From Candidatus Fermentithermobacillaceae bacterium (GTDB lineage: Bacteria; Bacillota; Sulfobacillia; Fermentithermobacillales; DUSS01): DNA of 64,000 nucleotides. Both the position numbers and the translations under genes were made by a program. How positions within the stretch are numbered: the first letter of the stretch is position 1; every line of letters begins with the position of its first letter. The notes under the pieces were generated by a model. That model ran no database searches. It was not told the DNA's origin and worked only from the letters and a program-made list of their open reading frames with translations. Where the stretch lies: the NCBI GenBank assembly GCA_012842495.1, contig DUSS01000009.1, forward strand, positions 98,646-162,645. Direction: 5' to 3'. Positions 1-9,921 of the stretch are shown one piece after another.

Positions 1-1674
1 TTTGGGAACTGAGATGGGTATCGTCCGGACGTTCGGCGCTGGACCCGTCCCCAGTGACACCGCAACGATTATCTCCGTCCCTACAGGCACCTCTGTCCCG
101 GGTACGTGCGATTGGCTCATCACCGTTCCGGCAGGTTGTTCGCCCGGGAGCAGCAGGAACTTGGGCGTGAGAAGAGCTTTTTCCAGCTCATCCTTAGCCT
201 GATCCCGCGTCATACCGACGACGTTGGGGACGATCGCAGTTGTAGGCATAGGGCCTTTGGATACCTCGATATCGACGGTGGTTCCCTTCGGCACCTCTAT
301 GTCGGCCTTGGGATTTTGACTTACCACTTTGCCGGCGGGAATCGCGGGATGGAAGACATAAACGGAATTTCCGAGGACGAGGTTAGATTCCTCCAACATA
401 ACCGAAGCTTCCCTGACGTCCTTACCGATAAGATCGGGGACTTTTACCATCTCCCTCCCTTTTGAAACCACCAGACGAACTTCTCGCCCTTGTTTCACCG
501 TATCTCCGGCCTCCGGAGCCTGGTTGATGACACACCCTCGAGGTACTTGCGGGTCATACCTCTCCGCCGCCATCACTGGTACAAGCCCTTTCTCCATCAG
601 GATAGCTTGTGCTTCGAGGAACGGTTTCCCTTCGACGTTTGGGACCTCGACGAGAGGAACTTCCATCCATTTGTTGAAGGCATATATTCCAGCTGCGACC
701 AGTCCCAGAAACAAGACCATGGCGGCAAGAAAAATCTTGACCGCCAAACTCATCCTCCGCTTCGGTCGCCTTCTCTTTCTTGCCAAATCTTCGTCTCCTT
801 CCAACGGTGCTTCTTCGATTTGCAGACCATCCGGTTTCATCTGCTCACCGGTTCCGGCTTGAACCGGAAAGCTCATCTTTATGGCCCTCAATAGGTCTTT
901 CGCCGACGAGAACCTGTCCACTGGTTTCTTAGCAAGACACTTCATCACCAGAGCTTCCACAGCCGGCGGGACGTCCGGCCGGAACTGCCTTATCGAAGGC
1001 ACTTCCCCTTCCAGGTGGCGCATGGCCATGCCCACCGTAGACTCGGCTTGAAACGGGGGACGCCCCACAAGCATTTCAAAGAGAACTACCCCGAGCGAGT
1101 AGATGTCTGTCGCTGCCGAAACCTCGCCGTTGGATACCTGCTCGGGGGACATATAAGGCAACGAACCCACCACGAGGTCACCGGTGGTGGAGACCCCGCC
1201 GACCGCCCTCGCGATGCCGAAATCGGTCACCTTTACGAGCCCTGTCTCGGTTATGAGGATGTTCTGGGGTTTTATATCCCGGTGGATGATCCCCCGGGCA
1301 TGCGCTTCGTGAAGGCCACTTGCAACCTGAGCCGCTATATCCAGAGCTTGGGCAACCGGAAGGCGGCCCGCTTGCTTAAGTTTTTGCCTGAGGGTCATGC
1401 CCTCCACCAGTTCCATCACGATGTAGTAGAGCCCGTAATCCTCGCCTACATCGTAAATGGCGACTATGTTAGGGTGGGACAATCGGGCGGCAGCCTGGGC
1501 CTCCCTACGGAAACGAGCCACGAACTCTTCATCTTCGGCCATTTCCTGGCGGAGAAGCTTTACGGCGACGTTCCTCCCGAGAACCGTATCGAACGCCCTC
1601 CATACGACGGCCATGCCCCCTCCGCCCAGTCTTTCCTCTATCTGATACCTGTTTGAAAGCTTCCGCCCTATCAT
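1..1674 (-). CDS. prkC: Ser/Thr protein kinase, PrkC-like (C-terminal PASTA region truncated by window edge)
   Basis: Minus-strand translation from ATG (rc of 1672-1674) gives MIGRKLSNRYQIEERLGGGGMAVVW...GLHEAHARGIIHRDIKPQNIL...DFGIA kinase motifs. A TM helix is encoded around 690-760 and PASTA-like sequence continues to position 1. Plus-strand ORFs 490..894 and 1015..1656 are antisense shadows. Confidence 0.8.
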   Translation of the reverse strand, partial: MIGRKLSNRYQIEERLGGGGMAVVWRAFDTVLGRNVAVKLLRQEMAEDEEFVARFRREAQAAARLSHPNIVAIYDVGEDYGLYYIVMELVEGMTLRQKLKQAGRLPVAQALDIAAQVASGLHEAHARGIIHRDIKPQNILITETGLVKVTDFGIARAVGGVSTTGDLVVGSLPYMSPEQVSNGEVSAATDIYSLGVVLFEMLVGRPPFQAESTVGMAMRHLEGEVPSIRQFRPDVPPAVEALVMKCLAKKPVDRFSSAKDLLRAIKMSFPVQAGTGEQMKPDGLQIEEAPLEGDEDLARKRRRPKRRMSLAVKIFLAAMVLFLGLVAAGIYAFNKWMEVPLVEVPNVEGKPFLEAQAILMEKGLVPVMAAERYDPQVPRGCVINQAPEAGDTVKQGREVRLVVSKGREMVKVPDLIGKDVREASVMLEESNLVLGNSVYVFHPAIPAGKVVSQNPKADIEVPKGTTVDIEVSKGPMPTTAIVPNVVGMTRDQAKDELEKALLTPKFLLLPGEQPAGTVMSQSHVPGTEVPVGTEIIVAVSLGTGPAPNVRTIPISVPK

Positions 1675-1684
1675 TTCGTCCCGC

Positions 1685-2518
1685 TCACGCAAGGGAATTC
1701 ACCTCCGGGTCTCCTCTGGTATCGACCCAGAAGACTACGAGTGTAATGTTATCGTATCCGCCTCTAGAGTTGGCGAGATCCACGAGGAAACTCGAAATTT
1801 CCGACCTGGGCTTGGTCTTTACAGCTTCGAGGATTTCCGAAGAGCTCACCAGGGTCGTAAGACCGTCGGTGCACAGAACCACCACGTCGCCATCTTTCAG
1901 CCTTTCGCGGTAGGACGATACTGGAAGATCCGCTTCCGTGCCCAAAGCAAGGGTGAGTATATGGCGCTGGGGATGACGCATCGCCTCATCTTCGGAAATG
2001 GCCCCATTCTTCACTAATTCGCCCACAATGGAATGGTCTTCGCTGACTTGCTTGATGACGCCGGACGAAATCAGGTATGCCCGGGAGTCGCCTACGTGCG
2101 AAACGTAAAGATCGTTCCCGTGGATGAGAGCAGCCGTTAGAGTGGTCCCCATGCCCGGGTAACCGAAAAGTTCGAGAGCTTCTTTATAGACCACTTCGTT
2201 AGCTTTCTTGACTCCGTTTTCTAGGGCTTCCGGCAAACTCCGGAGCGCACGATCTTCTACCTCAACCTCCTGCGCAGGGGTCTTCGCGCCTTTTTCGCCG
2301 CCGTCACATCCAGCTGCGGTGCGTACCAGGTATTCGTAGCAAGTCTGGATGGCAAGTTTGGACGCAAACTCTCCTCCCTCAAATCCGCCCATACCGTCCG
2401 CCACGGCCAGAAACCACACATCCGGCTTCTCTCGTATCCGTCTTACGAGCCACGCATCTTCGTTTTTGCTCCTCACCAAACCGGGCAAGCTCTTAGCGTC
2501 CCAATGCAACCCTATCAC
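1685..2518 (-). CDS. stp: PP2C-family Ser/Thr protein phosphatase (Stp/PrpC)
   Basis: 277 aa with PP2C motifs (NEDAWLV, VADGMGG, LCTDGLT); directly upstream of the kinase as in conserved stp-prkC pairs. Confidence 0.85.
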   Translation of the reverse strand: MIGLHWDAKSLPGLVRSKNEDAWLVRRIREKPDVWFLAVADGMGGFEGGEFASKLAIQTCYEYLVRTAAGCDGGEKGAKTPAQEVEVEDRALRSLPEALENGVKKANEVVYKEALELFGYPGMGTTLTAALIHGNDLYVSHVGDSRAYLISSGVIKQVSEDHSIVGELVKNGAISEDEAMRHPQRHILTLALGTEADLPVSSYRERLKDGDVVVLCTDGLTTLVSSSEILEAVKTKPRSEISSFLVDLANSRGGYDNITLVVFWVDTRGDPEVNSLA

Positions 2519-2616
2519 CTCCGGGAGCTTGGCCGTTCCTACATTTTCGCTCCGTCACCCATCCCGTCCTTTTTTACGGAATGAACAGATCTTTTGCAAA
2601 TCGACATCTCCTCGAT

Positions 2617-3987
2617 TTAATGGCATCGAACGGCCCTCGCTATGAAGAACCCGTCTGTTCCATGAACATGTGGCAACAAAAGAACGGTTCCCGGCCCGGT
2701 CGAAAGCCGGTATCTCGGTTCTGGAGGAACTTCGTCCTTGAACATGCTGGCCGGAAGGAAGGGTCGCGGGTCCGAGGGAGAGAATTCGGGATGATCTTCA
2801 AGAAACTCCGAGAAAACCCCCTGGTTTTCTTCCTCCGTGAGCGTGCATGTGCTGTAAACCAGTACTCCACCGGGTTTTACCAAAGGCGCAACAGCATTCA
2901 GGATCTTTTTCTGGATATCCGTCATCGCGCTTACGTCTTTTTCTCTGCGACGCCAGCGCAGATCCGCACGGCGTCTCAAAACTCCCAATCCGGTGCAAGG
3001 CGCATCCACCAGCACACGGTCGAACGGCCCCTCGAATTTCCCTGCGACGCTTCCCAGGTCAGTCACGTCCATGTAGACGATTTGAATGTTTCGTAAACCA
3101 AGCCTCGTTACCGAATGCCTGAGAAGGCCCAGTCCTTCTTCGTGCTTGTCGGTAGCCACGACCAGCCCTCTGTCCCCCATGAGTTCGGCCAGGTGTGTGG
3201 TTTTTCCGCCGGGCGCCGCGCACGCATCCCAGACCACTTCGCCAGGTTGCGGATCGACCACGAGCGACACGGCCATAGCCCCTTCGTCCTGGATGGAAAA
3301 CAAACCATCGTGATAACCGGGAAGATCCGTCACCGGTCCCGCTCTACTCACCTCGACGGCCATATCAAGGTACCTTCCGGGCCGGGCTTGTACCCCCGCT
3401 TTGCGCAACAGGTCAACGAGGGAATCCCGGGTCGTCTTCAGAACATTAGTCCGCAACGTTACGGGTGGCACCCTCTGATCGAAGGAAGCCAGGGCTAGAG
3501 CCCCCCTCTCGCCAAAGGTGTCTATGAACCGCCGGACTATCCACCTGGGATGGGAAAACCGCGTCTCGATGTAAGATTCCAGGTCCTCAATGGGAGGCAT
3601 CTCGATGTGCCCCGAGTGTTCCGCCACCCGCCTCAGCACCGCGTTAACCAGAGCTTTTTGACGGGAGGCTTTTCCGACTGCATCAACCGTGATCGAAACC
3701 GCTGCCGGCGCGGGCATACGAGTGAAGAGGATCTCATAGACTCCTAGCCGGAGCGCCTCCCTTACCCTGGTCTCCAATCGTTCCACGGGGTACCTTGACC
3801 ATGAGGCGATGACGCTATCCAGAACGTTCCGCCACCTCCAGGTCCCCATCACCAGCTCCTCACAGAGCGCGCGGTCGTCCGGGGGCAACGCCCGGAAGCT
3901 TTTGCCCTGAAAAGGGCTGGCCCGGAAAGCTCTTTTCTCTCCGATACAAAGAATATCGAGAGCGACTTTCCGGGCCGCCAGTCCCAT
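2617..3987 (-). CDS. rsmB: 16S rRNA (cytosine967-C5)-methyltransferase RsmB/Sun
   Basis: 456 aa; NusB-like N-terminus plus SAM-dependent m5C methyltransferase core (DACAAPGGKT, PCTG motifs). Confidence 0.85.
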   Translation of the reverse strand: MGLAARKVALDILCIGEKRAFRASPFQGKSFRALPPDDRALCEELVMGTWRWRNVLDSVIASWSRYPVERLETRVREALRLGVYEILFTRMPAPAAVSITVDAVGKASRQKALVNAVLRRVAEHSGHIEMPPIEDLESYIETRFSHPRWIVRRFIDTFGERGALALASFDQRVPPVTLRTNVLKTTRDSLVDLLRKAGVQARPGRYLDMAVEVSRAGPVTDLPGYHDGLFSIQDEGAMAVSLVVDPQPGEVVWDACAAPGGKTTHLAELMGDRGLVVATDKHEEGLGLLRHSVTRLGLRNIQIVYMDVTDLGSVAGKFEGPFDRVLVDAPCTGLGVLRRRADLRWRRREKDVSAMTDIQKKILNAVAPLVKPGGVLVYSTCTLTEEENQGVFSEFLEDHPEFSPSDPRPFLPASMFKDEVPPEPRYRLSTGPGTVLLLPHVHGTDGFFIARAVRCH

Positions 3988-3991
3988 CTAG

Positions 3992-4681
3992 TCAGTCCCG
4001 CCTCGGCCTCAAAAGTAACAGCCTCAGGAACTGAGCTATTGCCATGGCGGTAGCAGCCACATAAGTGAGAGCGGCGGCGTTAAGCACTTCCCCGACGGGC
4101 CTTACCTCGTCCTGGGAGATGTACCCGCTACCCTCCAGCATCTCCATGGCTCTTCTGGAAGCGTTGTATTCCACAGGGAGGGTGATAACCTGGAAGACTA
4201 CCGCGCCCCCGAAAAGGAGGAGACCCAGATCCATAAGGAAACCGCTGTTCGTGAAGAGTCCCATGATGAAAAGGGGAAACGCCGCCATCGACGCGAATTG
4301 GGCGACCGGAACCAGCCCGTTCCTAATCTGCAATCCCGCGTATCCCACCGCATGCTGAACGGCGTGCCCGACCTCGTGAGCCGCTACGGCCAGGGCGGCT
4401 ACGGACGAGCTGTCCATGGTTCCCGCGGAAAGCCTCAGAGTCCTGCTCCTGGGATCGTAATGGTCCGATAAGGTTCCAGGTATCCTCTCTATCCCTACGT
4501 CGTCCAGTCCGGCCTGGCGCAGGAGACCTTTTGCCACTTCGTAGGCGGAATACCCTCTGGAAGCTCTGACCCTTGAATATTTCTCGTAGGCTGTTCTAAC
4601 TTGCATTTGCGCCCAGATGGCGAAAATGAGCGCAGGCAAAACGAATAGAAGATAGCCTGTGTCAAAGAAGAGATACGGCAT
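3992..4681 (-). CDS. membrane Zn-metallopeptidase, YugP/Zn_peptidase_2-like
   Basis: 229 aa; N-terminal TM segment, HEVGH zinc motif, C-terminal TM helices. Start overlaps the def–fmt stop (TAATG). Confidence 0.7.
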   Translation of the reverse strand: MPYLFFDTGYLLFVLPALIFAIWAQMQVRTAYEKYSRVRASRGYSAYEVAKGLLRQAGLDDVGIERIPGTLSDHYDPRSRTLRLSAGTMDSSSVAALAVAAHEVGHAVQHAVGYAGLQIRNGLVPVAQFASMAAFPLFIMGLFTNSGFLMDLGLLLFGGAVVFQVITLPVEYNASRRAMEMLEGSGYISQDEVRPVGEVLNAAALTYVAATAMAIAQFLRLLLLRPRRD

Positions 4682-6129
4682 TATTTCACCCCTCCTTCAG
4701 CGTCTCCAAAACGTCTGGGGAGCCCCGTCCGCCCCCTGAGAAAAGCCGCAGCTGGCATTGGTCGTTTCCCCGATGGCTGCACCGTGACCACAGCTATAGT
4801 CCCTTCGCCGCACGCCACGATGACCTGGTCTCCGTCCACGGAGAGGACCTCGCCCGGGGCACCCACGGTCTTTTCCGAGGACAAGACCCGGGTTTCCCAG
4901 AGTTTAATACGTTCGCCCCGGTACCAGGTCATCGCGCCGGGTTCGGGAGAAAGCGCTCTCACCAAGTTGTGAATCTGGACGGCGCTTTTATTCCAGTTTA
5001 CCACCTCTTCTCCTGGCTTCAACAGGGGGGCCTTCGTAGCCTTCGACGCATCCTGCGGGATGCGAGGCGCCGAACCCGCCTTGATAAGCAAAATCGCCTC
5101 TATGAGAGCGTGAGCGCCCAGGGATGCGAGTCGCTTCTCGAGGGTGCCGAAAGTCTCATCGGGTCCGATCTCCACCGCCTTTTGAACGCAAATGTCACCC
5201 GCATCCATTTCTTCGGACATCCACATTATGGTCACGCCAGTGGTGTCGCGCCCGTCCATGATCGCCCTTTGAATGGGATTGGCACCCCGGTACGCCGGCA
5301 AGAGCGAAGGATGCACGTTCAGCGCCCCCATCTTCGGAAGCGCCAGGATCTCGCCGGGAATCTTCTGACCGTACGCGGAAACAACTATTAGATCGGGTGA
5401 TGCTTCCTCAATCGCCTTAACGCTTTCAGGAGAGCCCACTTTCTCGGGGGTTATCACGGGTATGCCGAGTTCCCGCGCCCGGACCTCTACCGGGGTGGGA
5501 GTGAGCTCACGCCTTCGCCCTTTGGGCCTGGGAGGTTGCGTTACCACGAGCTTTACCGGGAAACCGGCCCCCACCAGTTCGTCCAGGGAGGGAATCGCGA
5601 ACTCGGGACTGCCCATGAAAACAACCGCCGGCAGCGCCAACGTTTCGGCGACGACTTCGCCCGCCTCCTCTTCCGGCACTTTCGTGACGGCCGAAGCGCG
5701 GTCGAGGAAGACGACCCCGTCCAGGTGGTCTATTTCGTGCTGAAGAGCTCTGGAGAGAAGCCCATCCCCGTCCATCCAGAACTCGCGGCCGTCTCGGTCT
5801 AGCGCTTTTACCGTGACCCTGGCGTACCGCTCGACCTCTCCTAAAAGCCCAGGGAAACTCAGGCATCCTTCCCAGGCGGTTTCCGTCTCGTCCGAGGTAC
5901 GGACTATCTCGGGGTTCACGAGAAAGCGGGGTCCCTCCCCCACATCCACCACCACTAACCGTTTGGATACCCCGATCTGTGGCGCAGCTAAGCCAACCCC
6001 CTGAGCTTCTCTCATGGTATCCAGCATATCGTCTAAGAGCTTCTGGATTTCCCTGGTGACTTTGCGGACGGGTTTCGCCCTTTTTCTCAAGACCGGGTCG
6101 TCGAACTTTCGGATCTCCTTCGCCGCCAC
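4681..6129 (-). CDS. def-fmt: peptide deformylase fused in-frame to methionyl-tRNA formyltransferase (Def–Fmt)
   Basis: Single ORF with no stop in any frame at the junction. Def motifs GVGLAAPQIG, EGCLSFPG, HEIDHLDG are followed by a 25-aa linker, then Fmt motifs VVFMGSPEFA, HPSLLPAYRG. Likely GTG start at 6127-6129 after GAGGTG SD; the ORF is open up to 6213. Confidence 0.75.
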   Translation of the reverse strand: MAAKEIRKFDDPVLRKRAKPVRKVTREIQKLLDDMLDTMREAQGVGLAAPQIGVSKRLVVVDVGEGPRFLVNPEIVRTSDETETAWEGCLSFPGLLGEVERYARVTVKALDRDGREFWMDGDGLLSRALQHEIDHLDGVVFLDRASAVTKVPEEEAGEVVAETLALPAVVFMGSPEFAIPSLDELVGAGFPVKLVVTQPPRPKGRRRELTPTPVEVRARELGIPVITPEKVGSPESVKAIEEASPDLIVVSAYGQKIPGEILALPKMGALNVHPSLLPAYRGANPIQRAIMDGRDTTGVTIMWMSEEMDAGDICVQKAVEIGPDETFGTLEKRLASLGAHALIEAILLIKAGSAPRIPQDASKATKAPLLKPGEEVVNWNKSAVQIHNLVRALSPEPGAMTWYRGERIKLWETRVLSSEKTVGAPGEVLSVDGDQVIVACGEGTIAVVTVQPSGKRPMPAAAFLRGRTGLPRRFGDAEGGVK

Positions 6130-6209
6130 CGGCGTCACCTCACTCGAGCTGACACTCTGATATAGGACTGTAATCCTTAGACTCTCAGCATGAAAGTCCG
6201 ACCGCAACT

Positions 6210-8213
6210 TCACACCAGCCGGACCGGGTCAACATCCAGGATGATTTTGGCTCCGGACCCGCTCTCCCGGAAAATCTCTTCCCCTTTCGATGCAAGAGCG
6301 GTCACCTTCGTGCGGTCCGGACCCTTCAGTAAAATATGCCAGTGATAGGAGCCCCGTACTCTCTCCTTAAGGCCAGGAGCCGGCCCGAGGACGGCCACCC
6401 TTCCCTCGCCGGAAACGTCCTTCTGGCCCAGGCCTATCGCCGCTTCCGCCGCGAGTCTCTCTGCGAGGCGTGAGGCGTGTTCTCTTACCTTCCGCTCACT
6501 TTTCCCCACGACCTCGATTCTGGCGAGGACGCCGAAGGGAGGATATCCCAGAGATTTCCTGTCTTCCATTTCCTCCTCGTAAAAAAGGTCTTCGTTCCTC
6601 TCCACGACCCATCTTATCGAGCGTCTGAACGGGTCGAATGCCTGGAGAACAAAGACCCCCGTCTCCTCATCGAGGAGATCCCACAGCTGGGAGAGGGTGA
6701 GAAAAACTTCCTCTTCTATTTTGAACCCGGGGAGACCGAGTCTGGAATCGGCGAAGGGCACAGCAACGAGTTCAAGCCGTTCGGTCATGACCCCCAGGAC
6801 CATCTGAGTGCCGATGAGGCACGCCGGTCTTGTGGAGAGAAACTTTCCCACGACCGTTTCGGGCTCTTCAATCCTGGCGGTGTCTGCGTCCACCCGGAAC
6901 ACGGGGACCTCCGGGAAAAGCCGGGAAAACTCTTCCTCCAGTCGCTCGGTGCCGAAGCCCCGAGGCTTGAGGGAATATCCTCCGCATTTTGGGCACGTCT
7001 CGAGGACGGGAGAGGAGTACCCGCAGACATGGCATACCGTGGATCTCGAGCCCGAATGAAACGACAGGGCCACAGAGCATCTGGGGCAAGTCGGAACGTA
7101 ACCGCAGTCCTCACAGAAGAGAGCTCTTCCGTATCCCCGCTGGTTGAGGAAGATAAAAGCTCTGCCTTTACGGCCGAAGCAGTCTTTGAGCGCGTCAGCC
7201 ATCTTCCAGGAGAGTACTTTGCCTTTCCGGCGATACTTCCGGGCTTCGATGAGCTGTACCTCGCCGGGGTACCGCGGGCCTTCATCTTTAAGAAGGCTGT
7301 ACCTTCCACTTGCCAAGGCGAACCGGGCATTCACCGACAACCGGCTAGCCCCTATGATAACCCGGGCCCCTTGAAAGCTTCCGCGCATGACGGCCAGGGT
7401 ACGCGCATCGTACCTCGGATGGTCTTCGGCCTTGTACGAATCGTCTTCTTCAAGATCCACTATTATCAGGGACAGGTCTTTCACAGGTGCAAACACGCCT
7501 AGCCTGGTACCGAGAACGAGTCTCTTCTCTCCCCGCAGTAAGCAGAGCCACTCCTCCCTTCGCCTCTTGTCGGTGATGCCGGAGTGAACTTCGGCTATGG
7601 TTTCGCCGAAAAGGGGCTCGAGCTTACCCCTAACTTTCCGGACCGCCCGCACTTCCGGCAGGAGAAACAGCACGCCCCGTCCCCGGGAGATCTCGTTCTG
7701 GATCTGCTCGAGATATACTTGGAACCTGAAAGACTCGGTGCCCCGGACTATAAACGGCTTGGACAACGCGCCGGGCCATTGGCGGACGGCCTCTTCCTGA
7801 ATCGTCCCTTCTCGGGTCACCTGTTCGCTAACCGTCTCTTGCCGGTCAGGTCGTTCTGAGCCGTCCTCGCGCGCCCCCTTGCTCTTCGCGTAGGGCACCG
7901 CGGGAGGCCACAGACATCCCCAAACGGAGGCAACGGGAACAGCGTAATATCTCGCGACTTCTTCCCCGAATTCGATGAGGTCCACTGGAGGAAGGTATCG
8001 CCGGTCGAACAGAGCGGACACGTCCTTTACGGTAACTCCCTCCGGCTCCAGACCTTCCCCGAGGATAAAACCTGTGGCCTTTCGCGGGCCGAAGGGGACC
8101 GAAACCATGAGCCCCTTAGCCGGTGTCGTCCCGGGAGGTAGATAGTACGAATATGCACGATTCCCCACGCCGGGCACATCCACCAGGACGTTTACACATA
8201 CTTTTCCGGTCAA
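6210..8213 (-). CDS. priA: primosomal protein N' (PriA helicase)
   Basis: 667 aa; 3'-DNA binding N-terminus, SF2 helicase core, Cys-rich zinc-binding region (CEDCGYVPTCPRCSVALSFH...CHVCGY...CPKCG). Confidence 0.85.
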   Translation of the reverse strand: MTGKVCVNVLVDVPGVGNRAYSYYLPPGTTPAKGLMVSVPFGPRKATGFILGEGLEPEGVTVKDVSALFDRRYLPPVDLIEFGEEVARYYAVPVASVWGCLWPPAVPYAKSKGAREDGSERPDRQETVSEQVTREGTIQEEAVRQWPGALSKPFIVRGTESFRFQVYLEQIQNEISRGRGVLFLLPEVRAVRKVRGKLEPLFGETIAEVHSGITDKRRREEWLCLLRGEKRLVLGTRLGVFAPVKDLSLIIVDLEEDDSYKAEDHPRYDARTLAVMRGSFQGARVIIGASRLSVNARFALASGRYSLLKDEGPRYPGEVQLIEARKYRRKGKVLSWKMADALKDCFGRKGRAFIFLNQRGYGRALFCEDCGYVPTCPRCSVALSFHSGSRSTVCHVCGYSSPVLETCPKCGGYSLKPRGFGTERLEEEFSRLFPEVPVFRVDADTARIEEPETVVGKFLSTRPACLIGTQMVLGVMTERLELVAVPFADSRLGLPGFKIEEEVFLTLSQLWDLLDEETGVFVLQAFDPFRRSIRWVVERNEDLFYEEEMEDRKSLGYPPFGVLARIEVVGKSERKVREHASRLAERLAAEAAIGLGQKDVSGEGRVAVLGPAPGLKERVRGSYHWHILLKGPDRTKVTALASKGEEIFRESGSGAKIILDVDPVRLV

Positions 8214-8284
8214 CGCGAGGACCCCTCTGCCATCTCACGTATGCGTTCGAGACTTCCGGTCAGAAAGAGCCGCACCCCGGTGTT

Positions 8285-9493
8285 TCAGTGTCGGCGACCT
8301 TCCTCCAGGAGAGATTTGATTCTATCGAGGATGATGTGGGATGCCTCTTTCTTGGGTACGAGGCCCAGATCCTCTTTACGCCCGTCCGGGTAAAACAACG
8401 TGAGGATATCGGTGTCGCTGCCGAAGCCGGAGTCCGGGCGATGTACGGGATTGGCACATATGATATCCAGGTTTTTTTCGGCCAGTTTCTTTCTGGCGTT
8501 CGACTCCAGGTCTTCCGTCTCCGCGGCGAAACCCACCAGAATGCGGTCGCCTTTCTGTTGACCGAGGGTTTTCATAATGTCGGGAGTGGGAACCAGAGTA
8601 ACCGTCGCCTCCGCGCCGGTCTTCTTGACCTTTTGGTCATGGTATAGAGACGGCGCGAAATCGCAGGGAGCTGCCGCCCCTATTACAACCCGGACGTGCG
8701 GAAAGATCTCGAGGCAGGCGTGAAGCATCTCCTGGGTAGTTTCAACTTTCCTCAAAACCGCCCCAGGTGGAGGGGTAAGAGCAACAGGCCCCGAAACGAG
8801 GTAGACGGCTGCGCCTCGCTCAAGACACGCCCGCGCCAGGGCGTAACCCATTTTGCCGCTGGAAGGATTAGATATGAACCTTACTGGGTCAAACCATTCC
8901 CTGGTTGGGCCGGCTGTAATGAGGAAAGACAGTCCTTCTAAGTCCCTCTTCGGACAGACCAGCTTCACGATTTCGTCTACGATTTTCTCCGGGTCGGGAA
9001 GCCTCCCTTTGCCCACCGCGCCGGACGCAAGCCTTCCGTACTCGGGCTCGAGAATGTGATATCCGAAAGAACGGAGCTTTTCGATGTTCCCTTGAACTAC
9101 CGGATTCTCGTACATGTTGTGATTCATCGCAGGGCAAAGGAGCTTCGGAGCAGTACAAGCCATCACAGTGGTCGTAACGAAATCGTCGGCTATCCCCGAC
9201 GCTATCTTCCCTATCACATTGGCCGTGCACGGTACGAGGACCATGATATCGGCGGCCTCAGCCATCGATACATGCTCCACGTTCCAGACCCGCGGTTCCT
9301 CGAACATTTCCACGACAACGGGATTACCGGATATGGTGCGGAAGGTCATCGGGGTCACGAATTCTGTGGCGTTTTTCGTCATCATAACCCTGACTGTAGC
9401 ACCGAGTTTAACTAGCCGCGAGACCACTTCTACAGCTTTATATGCAGCTATGCCGCCGGCCACGCCGACGACGACGGTTTTCCCTTTGAGCAT
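8285..9493 (-). CDS. coaBC: bifunctional phosphopantothenoylcysteine decarboxylase / phosphopantothenate–cysteine ligase
   Basis: 402 aa; flavoprotein N-domain (VVGVAGGIAAYK) and DFP/CoaB C-domain. Confidence 0.85.
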   Translation of the reverse strand: MLKGKTVVVGVAGGIAAYKAVEVVSRLVKLGATVRVMMTKNATEFVTPMTFRTISGNPVVVEMFEEPRVWNVEHVSMAEAADIMVLVPCTANVIGKIASGIADDFVTTTVMACTAPKLLCPAMNHNMYENPVVQGNIEKLRSFGYHILEPEYGRLASGAVGKGRLPDPEKIVDEIVKLVCPKRDLEGLSFLITAGPTREWFDPVRFISNPSSGKMGYALARACLERGAAVYLVSGPVALTPPPGAVLRKVETTQEMLHACLEIFPHVRVVIGAAAPCDFAPSLYHDQKVKKTGAEATVTLVPTPDIMKTLGQQKGDRILVGFAAETEDLESNARKKLAEKNLDIICANPVHRPDSGFGSDTDILTLFYPDGRKEDLGLVPKKEASHIILDRIKSLLEEGRRH

Positions 9494-9648
9494 GAGTTCA
9501 CCCCCGTCCGCTGTGAAGCCCGTACTGTCCCGGTAAGAACGGCATGAAACTTCGGCTGGTCCCGTTCAATATACACGGGAGGGCGCCGTCATACGCCCTC
9601 CCTGGCCCTGCTAACTCCAGGGCTCGTCATGTTCGAAAAGTTTTCCTG

Positions 9649-9921
9649 CTACAAACCGTCCTGTGCGCCCTGGGTTCGGTCAGCCATGTCACCATTACCC
9701 ATCCTGCCTCGTTTGTCCGCTTTGTTCGTTTCATCCGGCCGGACAACTTTGACCTTATCCTCCAAGATCTCCGTCAAAGCAACGGTCACAGCTTTCCTGG
9801 TATCGAGAAGATTCTGCCTTCTGGTCGCCACTATCTGCCTGGCTCTCTTCGCGGTCGCGATCACCAGGGCATACTTGGAGTTCACCTTTTTCACCAGGCT
9901 CTCTATAGGCGGATTGAGCAT
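9649..9921 (-). CDS. rpoZ: DNA-directed RNA polymerase subunit omega
   Basis: [30 protein letters not shown]... is a typical RpoZ N-terminus. Confidence 0.8.
   Translation of the reverse strand: MLNPPIESLVKKVNSKYALVIATAKRARQIVATRRQNLLDTRKAVTVALTEILEDKVKVVRPDETNKADKRGRMGNGDMADRTQGAQDGL

Noticed and set aside
6477-7502. Long plus-strand ORFs antisense to real minus-strand genes (for example 6477..7502 opposite priA, 15319..16536 opposite GH57, 36875..37669 and 35989..36831 opposite murQ/kinase, 52602..53477 opposite HD-GYP, 60540..62453 opposite purL/purQ)
   Set aside because: Their products are low-complexity, Arg/Pro/Gly-rich and non-protein-like, and each lies entirely within a well-supported gene on the other strand. 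They are high-GC shadow ORFs.
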